Assembly (NCBI RefSeq): GCF_009914755.1
Contig: NC_060926.1
DNA: 64,000 nucleotides
Origin: the human T2T-CHM13v2.0 reference genome, Homo sapiens
Reading direction: 5' to 3' (one strand)
Shown here: positions 1 through 17,587 of the stretch, one piece after another
Numbering within the stretch: the first letter of the stretch is position 1
Layout of the letters: every line of letters begins with the position of its first letter
Translations under genes and position numbers: made by a program
Notes under the pieces: model-generated
What the model saw: the letters and a program-made list of their open reading frames with translations, nothing else
What the model was told of the DNA's origin: nothing
Database searches by the model: none

Positions 1-2110
1 AGATATAGGATTCTCTGTTGACAGAGTTTTTTTTTTTTTTTTCCTTTCAGCACTCCAAATATGTCATACAACTGGCCTCCATTGTTTCTGATGAGAAGTC
101 AGTTTCTTTTATATAAGACAAGACATTTTTCTGTTGGTGTTTTTAAGATTTTCTCTTTGTTTTTGGCTTTTTCACTCTGATATGTCTGAGTGTGGATCTC
201 TTTGTATTTATTCCATTTGGGTGTTTTGTATGTGTAGATTAATTTTTTTAAAATCCTGATTTCATCAGTTTGAGAAGTTTTCAGCCATTATTTCTTTGAA
301 TATTCTTTTGAAGAAAGAATCTTTCTTTCTTTTTTCTCTCCTCTCCTCTGGAACTACCATTATGCATGTGTTCAGGTGCTTAATGATGTCCCACATTTCT
401 CTGAGACTCCATTCAATTTTCTTTCATTCTTTTTGTTCTTCTAATTGAATAATCTCCCCTAATGTATCTTAAAATTTGCTCATTCTTTCTTCTGCCAACT
501 CAAATCCTCTGTTGAGCCCTCTCATGAATTTTTTGCTTTGGTTATTGTATGTTTAATTCCAAAATTTCTATTTTTTAAATAATTTATATCTACTTGTTGA
601 TATTCTCTATTTGATGAGACATCTTCATCTTCCTTCTTTTACTTCTTTAAGTATGATTTCCTTTAGTCCATTTAATATATTTATAATATCTGCTTGGAAG
701 TCTGTCTTATAATTCCAACATCTGGGCCCTCTCAAAGGCAGTTTCTTCTGCCTATTTTCTCCTGTGTATGTGTCAGGCTTCCTTGTTTCTTTGCATTTTT
801 CATAACTTTTTGTTAAAAAATGGAAATTTAGATAATATATTGTAGCAATTCTGAATACTGATTTACTCCTGCCTCTCCCTCTTCCACACACGCAGTGGCT
901 TGGTGGTGTTGTTTGCTGGCTTCTTTGTTCAGTGATTTAGCTGAGCTATTTCAGCCTATTTCTTTTCTTTGTATGTAGCCTTTGATGCCATTTCTCAGAA
1001 AGTGCAGGGTTGGATAAGCACACAGTCTCCCTGGAGTAACAATGGTTTTAACATGGTTCTCTTTGACAGTTTCTTTTCCTGATTTTTTGGTTAAGCTGCC
1101 TGTCTATTGCTATCACACCTGCTGATAGCCTCCACTAACTGCTGGCTGACTGCTCTATTGTTTTCAGTAATGCTATGGAGTACAAATGTCACAACATTCC
1201 CATCTAAATTTAGGCCTCTTTGGAACAGTAGTTATTGAAGACAAATCTTTGAGGCTTGTTTTAACTCTAGCTATTGCTTTCCTTGGTTCTCTCTATTAAA
1301 TGTATAGCTGCCCTACAATTGAGTGTGTTGCTCTCATTGCTTTTAACAGCAACAGTGGGCTTGAAATTCCACACTCTGTTCCAAATAAATTAAGTTCCCT
1401 TGAGGGGAGCTTGAAGCTTGGGACCTGGCCTTACCCCTGGACAAAACATCTGCACCATTATTCCAGAGCTGGGGGTGGGTACAGTGACTAATTTCTTTTG
1501 GAGTAACACCCCTGCTTTATGAGTGGGCCACTAGGTGGGTGCATTAGTCTCTGTTCTTCTTGGTTTGCCTCTCCTAGCATAAAACTTTCACCCTATGAGC
1601 AGGTTGCAGTGTGAGCAATTGGATTCAGTATGCTCATCCTGCTGCATGGTGGAGCTTCTACCATATGAATGGGTTCTATACTAAAGAAGGGAGCCCCATA
1701 TCTCTCAGCTACCCTGGCCTGGAATTCAGCTTCTGCAACAGGGAATCTGGGAGTGGGTTTGAGGGTGGGGGTGGGGATGAGAAATGCCGATAGCCTGGTC
1801 CTCTTGGAATGATGCTATAGCCCTAAACTAGGAGTTGTGGAAAAGACAGCCCTGTGATTTTTTTTTCATTCACCCATAGTAGAGCTTCTATTATGCTGAG
1901 CTGGAGGACAGAGAAGGGAGCAGGTCATAGCTCAAATGCCACAGACTGTCACTCTTCTTACCGAGATATTCATTTTTTAAAAATGTTTCTCCATTTGTCA
2001 TATTCTCTTAGGACAATTTCCAGAGACTTAAACATTTTAAGAATCATTTTCACCAGTTATGATTTGCAGGGGAGAGAGTCTGTAGAGCTCCTTACATTGC
2101 AATTCTGGTT
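1..2110 (-). mobile_element. Old L1 (L1MC/L1MD-like) ORF1 and 5' region fragment
   Basis: Antisense ORF1 motifs (ggcctccattgtttctgatgagaagtcag; aagttttcagccattatttcttt). ORF 625-891 ends in L1 ORF1-like 'DFQADIINILNGLKE'. Confidence 0.75.
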
Positions 2111-2773
2111 TTAATAACTTGTTGTTAAAAAATCTTGAAATTGTTTTATATTTCAGATATTCACAAAAGTTATAGAAGAGGGGAAAATGCCAACAAAGGC
2201 AATCATAGAAGTAGCTAATAATAAGAAGAACTTGTGGAGCATTGCAGTCACAGAGTTTATATTGTATTTCTGAAAATATACAGCCTGATTTCATTAGCAT
2301 TTCTCTGTTATTCAAGAAGCCTCAGGGTATCATAAGACCAGATTGTTATAATAACATCAACTAACATTTGTGTGGCACTTAACAATGTTAGTCTTTTCAT
2401 TTACATAATCTTGTGGTTTGGTATAATACTAAACTTACTTAAGATGGAGTGCTAAAGGCTTTGTCATCTCTGCCTCAACTTTTTCTACCTTTGCTTTGCA
2501 TACAGTATTGAAAAAGTGAATCTAAACTCTGTTAGAGAAGAAATGACTATGCCTTCATTCAATCATTTGTTTTCCCTTTATAAAGCATATGGCTTATTAA
2601 TATTTATTAAGGTGAATAATGTGCACATTATATGTGAGTACATGTATGATTTATTCATTCTGTACTTTGTTTCAAAAAATATAAAGCACCTTTCAAAAAT
2701 TTGTAGAGCAAGATAAAAAAATAAGAAATAAAAAGAGGCAAAGGGAAATGTCAGTGTAGAAAAATAAAATGAC

Positions 2774-2860
2774 GTACCTGGGACTTGCCTGGCTTTAGCT
2801 CTGAAAATTCCATTTCTGGGGAAACTCCTTAGTCCCGGGCACACTGAGATGGTTGGTAAT
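2774..2860. mobile_element. MER94-like hAT MITE fragment
   Basis: gggacttgcctggctttagctctgaaa...ttagtcccgggcacactgagatggttggt resembles the recalled MER94 consensus. Confidence 0.6.
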
Positions 2861-2884
2861 TCTAAATTACCAGTAAGCCATTAT

Positions 2885-3120
2885 GGGGCTCTTTTAATAT
2901 GCTGAGCCATGTTCTAAGCACTTAACATCTACTATCTTCACTTGTCCTCACAATAACCCTTTGAAGTGTGCTACTACTACTGCAGCCATTTTACAAGAAA
3001 AAAATACTGAAGCACAAAAAGGCTAAGCAACCTGACTCAAATCAGACATCTAGTAAATTGGTAGAACTGGGTATCAAAGGACCACCAGCTCCAGAACTGA
3101 AGTTCTTTACCACAGCCGTA
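2885..3120 (-). mobile_element. MIR SINE
   Basis: Antisense MIR core (cctcacaataaccct...actgaagcacaaaaaggctaagcaacctgactcaa). Confidence 0.75.
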
Positions 3121-3269
3121 AAGTGCATGTGAGTTTCTATAGATGTTCCATACATTTGATTTTAAGATTCCTAGTAGCTAAAGTGAAGAGGAAAATATGA
3201 TCAGCTACAAAATTCACATTGTCCCTAAAATATTTACTTAGGAGCATGATTATTCCTAATTCTATGAGC

Positions 3270-4620
3270 CTTCAAATATTTACAGAGTGCTTACTTTGGA
3301 CAGGCACTGTTCTAGGTGCTGAAGATACAGCAGTGGAGAAAACACATGGAACCTCTGCCCATGTGGACCTGACATGCCAGGGAGATATGCATTAGAGGGA
3401 GATAGGTGTTGTAGACAGAATAAAGTAGGGTAAGGAGAATGGGAGCTTCTGGGGAGTGAGTAGGCTACAAATCTAAATAGAATGGTGAGGACAGATATCA
3501 ATAAGAAAATGATACTTGAGCATAGCCTTGAATGGAGAAAGAGAGAGCCTTATGAGTATCTGGGGGCAAGAATGTTTTAGGTGGAAGAAACAGCAGGGAC
3601 AAGGGCCCTACATTGGTGGGGGTCAGGGAGGATTGGTGTGTCTAGGGCACACCGCACAGAATAAGTCTAGAGAAAAACAGTAAAAGAGATGATCAGAGAG
3701 GGCACTGGGCCTTGAAATGCAGCACAGGAGATAGCATTGGGCGTCGTACAGACTGTGACATCTACTCTGAGTGAAATAGGGTTTTGACAGAGGAGTGCTA
3801 TAACTTGGCTTGAATTTTAAAATGATCACTCTAGTTGCTGTGTTGAAATTGACTGTGGGAAGGAACAGGGATCAGGGAAATTAGGTAGGAGGCCACATCA
3901 ATCATCTAGGTAAGAGATGACAGGGCATAGACAGGAAAAGTAGCAGTGGGGAAAATGGGAACATATTTTGTCAATATGGCTTTGGAGGTGAAGTCAGCAG
4001 AATTTGTTAGTGGATTGGATGTAGGGTGTGAGTGAAAGAGAGGAGACAAGGAAGACTTCAAGGTTAATTGAGATGAAGAAGCCTGAAGGGGGTTCAGGTT
4101 TGTGGACAAAGAGCAGAAATTTAGTTCTGAACAATTTGAGTTTGAGGTGTTTGTTAGACTCCAACTGGAGGTGTTCTATAAGCCATTAGAAATAAGATTC
4201 TGGAGATGGAAGAGAGGTTTGGGCTGGAAACAAAAATTTGAGATTAAATTATATTTAATGCCATGAAACTCAATGAGATCACCAAGGAATTAATATAAAT
4301 ATAAAAGAGAAGTAGCCTGAGCCCTGGGGCTCTACAATATTAAGAATCAGGGAGAAGATGAGGAACCAAGAAAAAAGATAAAGAGGAGCCAGTGATGTAG
4401 AAGGACATCAAGCTAAGCATGGTGTTCTGTAGGCCAAGAGAAGGAAGAATTTCAAGGAGGAGAGAGTGATCAACTGTGTCAAATGCTACTGTTGGTCAAG
4501 TTAAGTAGGGGCTGAGAATTGACCACTGGAATTAGCAACACAGAGGTCACTGGTAATTTCCATAAGGGGCAGTTGAGAGGTCAACAATTTTAAGAGAGAA
4601 TTCAGGATGAACTGGAGATA
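3270..4620 (-). mobile_element. L2 (L2a-like) 3' portion
   Basis: Antisense L2 3' end (aaatatttacagagtgcttac...caggcactgttctaggtgctg) followed by typical purine-rich L2 sequence. Confidence 0.85.
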
Positions 4621-4631
4621 ATGAAGTTGAC

Positions 4632-4688
4632 TACAGGCTCAGCTTGTGTGCCAAACCTGGCCTGCCACCTGTTTTTGCAAATAAATTT
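4632..4688 (+). mobile_element. MER58A, first piece (split by L1)
   Basis: ccaaacctggcctgccacctgtttttgcaaataaa matches the MER58A start. The element continues at 9476. Confidence 0.75.
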
Positions 4689-9475
<4,787 letters not shown>

Positions 9476-9630
9476 CAAATAAAGTTTTGTTGGAACACAG
9501 CCAGGCCTATTTGCTTGTGTACTTTCTGTGGTTACTTTTTCATTACAATGGCAGGGCTGATTAGATGTGACAGAATGTACTGTCCTGCAGAGCCTAAAAT
9601 ACTCTCTGATTCTTTACAGAAAAAACTCAT
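9476..9630 (+). mobile_element. MER58A, second piece
   Basis: aaataaagttttgttggaacacagcc...gcctaaaata...ctttacagaaaaa. Confidence 0.8.
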
Positions 9631-10712
9631 GATACAGACAACAATCTTGAGTTACATTTTTTTTTTTTAAAAAAAAACATATATTGAGCTGTATTAGGGA
9701 GGGAAAATAGAGTTAGACACATTTTCCTCCTAACTAAAGAAAGACTACCATGTACTGAAATAGACCTTCAGCTACATCCATATAGGAAACACAGCACTGA
9801 GTTTTAAATGGCTGTTTCTTATAAGATTTCTCCATATTGGCCAAAGGCATCACTTCAAAACACTGTTAATAGAAGTATTTTAGAAATGTATGCTACAAAT
9901 CAGGGATCTAGCATGTATAGATGCCCTTTTTAACATAGGGATAAAGTTTATGTATCTGTGAAGGAATGTCCTCTATACCATTCAGGCCATCCATCCATTT
10001 TTTTCTTTTTAAATTGATGCTTAATAATTGTACATATTTATGGAGTACCTGTGATAATTAATACCCGCATAGAATATGATTAAATCAGAATAATTAATGG
10101 TAATCACCTAAAGCATTTGTCATCTCTTTGTACTTGAAACATTTTACATCTTCTCTTCTAACTATTGTAAAATATACAGTAAATTATTTTTAACTATAGT
10201 CACCCTAGTGCTTTCAAACACTAGAACTTATTCCCTCTATTTTGTACCCATTAACCAAACTGTCATCATTCCTTGCTTCCCTCTACTCTTCCTAGCCTCT
10301 GGTAACCATCATTCTACTCTCTACATCCATGAGATCAACTTTTTTAGCTCCCCCATATAAGTAAGAACATAAAACATGCAATATTTGCCTTTCTGAGATT
10401 GGCTTATTTCACTTAACATAATGTCCTCTAATTTCATTCATGTTGCTGCAAATGACAGAATTTCATTATTTTTTATGGCTGAATAATATTCCATTTTGTG
10501 TGTGTGTATGTATATCACTTTTCTTTATCCATTCATCTATTGGTGGTCACTTAGATTGATTCCATATCTTTGCTATTGTGAATAGCACTGCAATAGACAT
10601 GGAAATGCAAATGTCTCTTCAATGTACTGATTTTCTTTCTTTTGGATATATTCCCAATAGTGGGATTATTGGATCATATGACAGATCTATTTTTAGTTTG
10701 TTCAAGAGCCTC

Positions 10713-11229
10713 TGTATTAGTCAGGGTTCTCTAGAGGAATAGAACTAATAGGATAGCTGTATATATAAAGGGGAGTTTATTAAGGAGTATTGACTCACAT
10801 GATCACAAGGTATGGCCCCACAGTAGGCCATCTGCAAGCTGAGGAGCAAGGAAGCCTGTCCGAGTCCCAAAACCTCAAAAGTAGGGAAGCCAACAGTGCA
10901 GCCTTCAGTCTGTGGTCAAAAGTCCAAGAGTCCCAAAATTGAAGAACTTGGATTCCAATGTTTGAGGGCAGGAAGCATCCAGCATGGGAGAAAGATGTAG
11001 GATGGAAGACTAAGTCAGTCTAGTCTTTCCACTTGCTTCTGCCTGCTTTTATTCTGGATGCACTGATAGCTGATTACATTGTGCCCACCCAGATTGAGGG
11101 TGGATCTGCCTTTCCCAGTCCACTGACTTAAATATTAATCTCCTTTGGCAACACCCTCACAGGCACAGCCAGGAGCAATACTTTGCATCCTTCAATCCAA
11201 TCAAGTTGACACTCATATTAACCATCACA
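10713..11229 (-). mobile_element. MLT2A2-like (HERV-L) solo LTR
   Basis: Termini tgtattagtcagggttctctagagg ... tattaaccatcaca. Perfect 5-bp TSD gcctc at 10708-10712 and 11230-11234. Confidence 0.9.
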
Positions 11230-12550
11230 GCCTCCATGCTGCTTTTCATAGTGGCTGTACTAATTTACATTTCCAGAAACAGTGTACTAGCATTCCCCTT
11301 TATCTACATCCTCACCACCATCTGTTACTTTTTGTCTTTTTGATAATAGCCATTTTAACTGGGGTGAGTTAATATCTTATTGTGATTTTCATTTGCATTT
11401 CCCTGATAATTAGTGATGGTAAGCATTTTTACATATACTTCTTGGCCATTTGTATGTCTTCTTTTGAGAAATGTCTATTCAGATCTTTAGCCCATTTTTA
11501 ATGAGATTATTTTGGTTTTGGCATTGAGTTATTTGAGTTTCTTGTGTATTCCGGTTATTAATCCCTTGTCACATGGATAGTTTTCAAATATTTTCTTCCA
11601 TCTTGTGTGTTGTTTCTTTACTCTGTTTATTGTTTCCTTTGCTATGCATAAGCTTTTTAGCTTGCTGTAATCTCATTTGTCTAGTTTTGCTTTGGTTGCC
11701 TATGTTTTTGAGGTCTTACACCTGAAATATTTGCCCAGACCATGTCCTGAAGTATTGTGCCAATGTTTTTTTTCCAGTAGTTTCATAGCTTTGAGTCTTA
11801 AATTTGAGTCTTTAATCCATTTTGATTTAATTTTTGAATATGGTGAGAGATAGGGGTCTAATTTCATTCTTCTGCTTATGGATATCCAGTTTTCCAAGCA
11901 TCATTTATTGAACAGACTGAATTTTCCCCAGTATATGTTCTTGGTGCCTTCGCTGAAAATAAATTGGCTGTAAATGTGCAGATTTATTTATGTGTTTTCT
12001 ATTCTATTCCATTGGTCTTTGTGTCTGTATTTATACCAATACCTTGATGTTCTGGTTAATATAGCTTAGCAGTATGTTTTGAAGCCAGGTATCGTGATGC
12101 CTTTATCTTTGTTCTTTTTGCTGAAGATTGTTTTGGTTATTTGGGTTCTTTTGTGGTTCCACATGAATTTAGAATTTCTTTTCTATTTCTGTGAAGAACG
12201 TCATTAGTATTTTGATAGGTAATGCATTGGGTAGTATGGGCATCTGACAAAATTAATTCCTCCTGTGCTTAAGCATGAGCTATCTTTTAATTTGTGTCTT
12301 TTTCAATTGTCATCAGTGTTATATAGGTTTCATTGTAGGATTCTTTAATTTCTTTGGTTAAATTTATTCCTAGGTTTTTTCTTGTAGCTATTGTAAATGG
12401 GGTTGTTTTCTTTATTTTCATTCTGGTTGTTTGCTGTTGGTTTATAGAAATGCTACTGAGTTTTGTATGGTGATTTTGTAAACTGAAACATTACTGAATT
12501 CATTTATTGGTTCTAATAATTTTTTTTGGTGGGGTCCTTAAGCTCTTAAT

Positions 12551-12874
12551 TTATTTTATTTTGTAGTTTTGAACCAGAATCTCACTCTGTCACTCAGGCT
12601 GGAGAGCACTTGTGCAATCTCAGCTCACTGCAAACTTCACCTCCTGGGTTCAAGAAATTCTCCTGCCTCAGCCTCCCCAGTAGCTGCAACTATAGGCATG
12701 TGCCACCATGCCTGCCTATGGTTTTTTTTTTTTTTTTTTTTTTTTTGTATTTTTAGTAGAGATAGGATTTCTCCATGTCAGCCAGGCTAGTCTCGGACTT
12801 CTAGCCTCAACTGATCTGCCTGCCTCGGTCTTCCAAAGTGCTGGGATTACAGGTGTGGGCCACTGCATCAGGCC
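12551..12874 (-). mobile_element. Old Alu (J/S) with expanded central T tract
   Basis: Both arms present, long T run at about 12722-12746. Degenerate TSD tccttaagct / tccttaggct. Confidence 0.9.
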
Positions 12875-15800
12875 TCCTTAGGCTTTTCTAAATATAGGAT
12901 CATGCTGTCTTCCAACAAAGATAATTTGACTTCTTTCTTTCCAATTTGGATGCCTTTTATTCCTTACTTAGCCTAACTGCCCTGGCTAGGACTTCCAGTA
13001 CTATGTTGAATAAAAGTGGTAGAAGTGGACATTGTTGTCCAGTTTCACATCTTAGAGAAAACACTTTCATTTTTACCCCATTGAGTATAATACTAGCTGT
13101 GGGTTTTGTCATATATTTTGTGTTGGTGGTATGCTCCTTCTGTTCCCAGTTTGTTGAGAGTTTTTATCATGAAGGGATATTGGATTTTATCAAAGGCTTT
13201 TTCAGCATCTATTGAAATTATCATGTGGTTTTTGTTCTTGATTCTGTTAATGCGATGTATCACATTTATTGATCTGCATATGTTGAACTACCCTTTCATC
13301 CTTGGGATAAATCTCATCTGATCATGATTAATAATTGTTTCAGTATGTTGTTGAGTTAGGTTTGGTAGTATTTTGTTGATGATTTTACATCTATGTTCAT
13401 CAGTCATATTGGCCTGTAGTTTTGTTTTTTATTATGTCCTTCTCTGGTTTTGATATCAGGGTAATGCTGGCCTTATAGAATGAATATGAAAGTATTCCGT
13501 CCTCTTCAATTTTTAAAAGACTTTGAGTAAAATTGGCATTAGTTCTTTAAACATTCGGTAGAATTCAGCAGTGAAGTCATAAGGTCTTAAGCTTTTCTCT
13601 GATGGGAGACTTTTTATTACTGCTTCAATCTTATTACTTGCTATGTGGTCGGTTAAGGTATTCTATTTCTTCATGGTTCAATGTTGGTAAGTTGTGTGTG
13701 TCCAGGCATTTATCCATTTCTTTTATATTTTTCAATTTGTTGGTGTATAGTTGTTTATAATAGTCTCTAATTATGCTTTGTGTGTCTGTGGTATCAGTTA
13801 TAAAGTCTTCTTTTTTGTCTCTGCTTTTATTTGTGGCTTCTTTTTTCTCAGTCTAAATAAAAATTTATCAACTTTATTAAAAAAAAACCCAAATTTTTGT
13901 TTTGTTGATCTTTTATATGGTTTTTCTTTAGTCACAATTTTGTTTATTTATGCTCTGATCTTTATTATTTCTTTTCCTGTGCTAATTTGAGGCTTGGTTT
14001 GTTCTTACTTTTCTAGTTTCTTGAGGTACATCATTAGGGTGTTTGTTTACTTAAAGTCTTTCTACTTTTTTGAGGCAGGCATTTATTGCGACACGGATTC
14101 CATTTAGAACTGATTTTCCTCTATCCCACAGGCTTTGGTATATTGTATTTCCATTTTTATTTGTCTCAGGAATTTCATATTTTCTTTTAAATTTCTTCTT
14201 TGATCCATTCTCTGTTCAGAAGCATGTTGTTTAGTTTTCATGAATTTGTACAGTTCCCAATATCCTTTCTGTTTTTGATTTCTGATTTTATTTCATTATG
14301 GTCAGAAAAGATACTTGATATCATTTCAATTTTTAAAAATTTGCTAAGATTGTTTTGTGACTTGCCGTATGATGTATCCTGGAGAATGTTCCATGTGCTG
14401 TTGAGAAAAATGTGTATTCTGTAGATGTTGGATGCAGTGTATGTAAATTTCTGTTAGGTCCAGTTGGGTCTAGAGTGTAGAGTTTAACTTCAATGTTTCG
14501 TTGCTGATTCTCTTTCTGGATGATCTGTTCGTTGTTGAAAGTGGGGTGTGGAAGTCCTCTACTATTACTGAAAGCTGTATTTGGGCTCTGTTGAATGTGA
14601 TATGTTTGTTTTCTCTTGCAGCTTTGAGTATTATTTCTTTGTCTTTGATTTTTGCTAATTTGATTATGATGTGCCTTCAGGAACTACTTCATTGAATGGA
14701 ATTTGATCAGTGATATCTAAGCTTCCTATAGCCGGATGCTGTTGTCTTTCTCCAGGTTTAGGAAATTCTCAGCCATTATTTCTTTAAATATGCTTTCTAA
14801 TATGCCATTTTTTCTCTCATCTCCTTCAGGAATTCCTATTATGCAGAGATAATTCTCATAGGCCTTCTTCACTTTTTAATTTTTTTTCTTTTTGTTTCTC
14901 TGATTGGGTAATTTCATATATTCTGACTTCAAGTTTTCAAATACTTTTCTCTGTTTGATCAAGTCTGCTGTTGAAACTTTCTAATGAGTTTTTCAGTTCA
15001 GTGTTTCAATTGGTTTTCCATGCATATTTTTTTTTGTTTTTCAGAACATCTTTAAGAGGATTATTCTGAATTCTCCATCAGACATTTCATAGATCTGTAA
15101 TTCTTTTGGATCCATTGCTAGTGCTTTGTGGGGCTTTTTTTTTGTGTGTTGTTATATTTCCCTGAGCTTTTACAATCCTTGTATCTTTACATTGATGCCT
15201 GCATATTTGAGGAAGCAGCCACCTCTTCTGGTTTTTGTAGATGTTCTTTGGTGATGCTAGAGCTTTACTACTTAGCATCAGAATTTAAATGTTAGTTTGT
15301 TGTTGCTTCTTATTCTGGGGATAGTGTATAGTGAGCACCAGAACTAAAATGCTGCATTGAAACTAACTCATTGCCCTGCTGTTGTTTCCCAATCTGGGGA
15401 AAACTTACAGTGGGCACTGAAACTTAAATGCTGCCCTATAACTAAATCACTGCCCTGCCATTGTTTCCCACTCTGGGGAAGGCTTAAGCACATACTGGAA
15501 CTTAATCCCGATCTTTTAGTTTTTTCAGGTCAAAGGAAGGCTCCTTGCAGACACCTGAGCTTTGTAGAAAATCTGGCCAGGCAGCTGGGCCTTCCCATGG
15601 ATTGTGTCTCCTGCAGTACTATGGTGATGGCCAGCCTCTTCAGTGTGGTGTGTCCACTGGTGGATGTGCAGAGTAATTACCAAGATCTGCATGCCAGTTG
15701 CTGCAGTCAGTGCCCCACTCTTTGTCCCAAGTAGTTTGGTTCTTTCCTGGCTCCCCCAGTGTTTCCTGTGGTATCAGAATGGAGTAGTCTTCCTGTGAAG

Positions 15801-16419
15801 ATTCCCAGATTAGTGGGGAGATTGAAAGTCTACCTGCAGCTCCCTACTCTCACCTCAGAAACTGGGTCTGGGGAAATTCTGTCGGTGGCATTATGCTGAC
15901 TTGGGGTAGGGGTGGCGCAGTCTGAAATGACCATTTCTCCTATTTGTTGCAGCTTCTCTCAGTTCTGTGGGCCCAGGGGGCTCCTCCACTTCTCCCCCAA
16001 GTTTGGATGAATTCAGGGTGGTATGTTTGTCTTTGAACAGTTTCCAGTTGTATTTTTGTGAGGGGAGTGATATGGGGGAATTTTCTGTTCTGCCATCTTG
16101 CTGATGTCACGCTCAGTTTTTCCTTCCATTGATTTTCCCATTTCTCCTTTTTCCTTTAGATAAGATTTTGAAGGATGAACAATAGTTGTTTTGTTTACTT
16201 GGCAAGTATCAGGAGTGTAGCTAGTATGTGTGGCAAATATGGAGTACAGTCATATCAACTAAACTGTGATAGAACTACGGTCCATTTAAAAGAACATGAT
16301 ATGGTTTCCAGTCTCAAGTAGTTTGCCATCTGGGGATAGAGATAAGACAGGTACATGCATTTATAACAGTATGAGGCAGAATGTGATAATAACAAAAGTA
16401 GCTAAGGTTTCTTAAGTAA

Positions 16420-17322
16420 CAAGACTGAACTATTGCTCTTTCCTGTCCATAACCATAACCTTCCTTGTTCTAGTAGATGGCAACTCCACCTTTTCAGTTG
16501 CTCAGGCTTAATGCCTTGACTCTTTCTTTTGCATTCCATATCCAATTTCTCAGAGCATTTAATTAGGTTTGCCTTTAAAGCACATCTCAAATTTGACCCC
16601 TTCTCACCAACTCCAAGGCTATCCTCCTTTTCTTCTCCCTACTCCCACCCCCAAATTCCAACCTGAGCTTCTATCATCCATCACCTAAGGTACAACAGTA
16701 GCAACAGGTCTCCTTGATTTTGCTTTTCTCCCCTATGAACTATTTTCAACAGAGAGCCAGACTGAGTCCCTTAAAATGTAAGTCAGATCATGCCACTCCT
16801 TTGCCCAAAGTCCTGCAGTCTTTCTACATGTCACTCAGAGTGAAAACTAAAGCTCTTAGAGTGGTTTTCAGGGCCGCAAATGATTGAAACCTATTATCAC
16901 TTTGACTTCATCTTCTGCAACTCTTTCCTGGCTCCTTCTAATCCTCTGGCCCCTCACACTTGGGCTTGGCTCAAGCTTGAAATGCTCTTCCACTGGTTAC
17001 CTGCTCAGCTCACTCCCTTACCTCCTTTGAGTTTTTGCTCCAATTCCACCTCAATAAGATTTTTCTCTTCTATTCGATACTGCAACTTTTCCCACACTTC
17101 ACTCACCTCTCCCATCCCTCTCACCCTGCGTTACTTTTCCTTTTGTTTCATATCACTTATCATTGTGGAACATACTCAGAAATTTACCCATTCAGCTGAT
17201 TTATCGTTGCTTGTCTGTCTCCCTTGCTAGAATGTAAGACCTATGTCATTCTTGATTTGTTTTGTTAAATTCCTACAACAGTGTCTGGTACATAATATGT
17301 TCAATAAATATTTGTTGAGTAA
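16420..17322 (+). mobile_element. L2a 3' portion
   Basis: aaaatgtaagtcagatcatgccactcct. 3' end gtgtctggtacataatatgttcaataaatatttgttgag. Confidence 0.85.
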
Positions 17323-17339
17323 AAAATGGGCACTATTAG

Positions 17340-17520
17340 CAGAAACTGGACTACTACGTTACATGAATTACTGATTTGAATTTTCTCAAAACAATAAAGT
17401 ATTATGCATTATCAGCTTCATTTTATTGATGAGAAAGCAGACACGTAGACAGGTTAAGCAATTTTCCCAAGGTCACACAGCTAGTGCATGGTGGAGCTGG
17501 AATTTGAACCCAGTAAAATA
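17340..17520 (-). mobile_element. MIR SINE
   Basis: cccaaggtcacacagctagt...gagctggaatttgaaccc. Confidence 0.8.
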
Positions 17521-17587
17521 GGATGAGAGACTTACTGATGAGATGTTACTCATTACACTTGGACAAGTACAAATGATTTGCTTGGCG

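Larger units (their letters stand above)
9998..16111 (-). mobile_element. L1MA4/5-like LINE-1, both ends present, ORF1-ORF2 junction deleted
   Basis: 3' UTR (taataattgtacatatttatgg), ORF2 remnants (ORF 11700-11897 'RMKLDPYLSPY'), jump to ORF1 at about 14568, 5' end gccatcttgctgatgtcac. Interrupted by MLT2A and an Alu. Confidence 0.85.
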
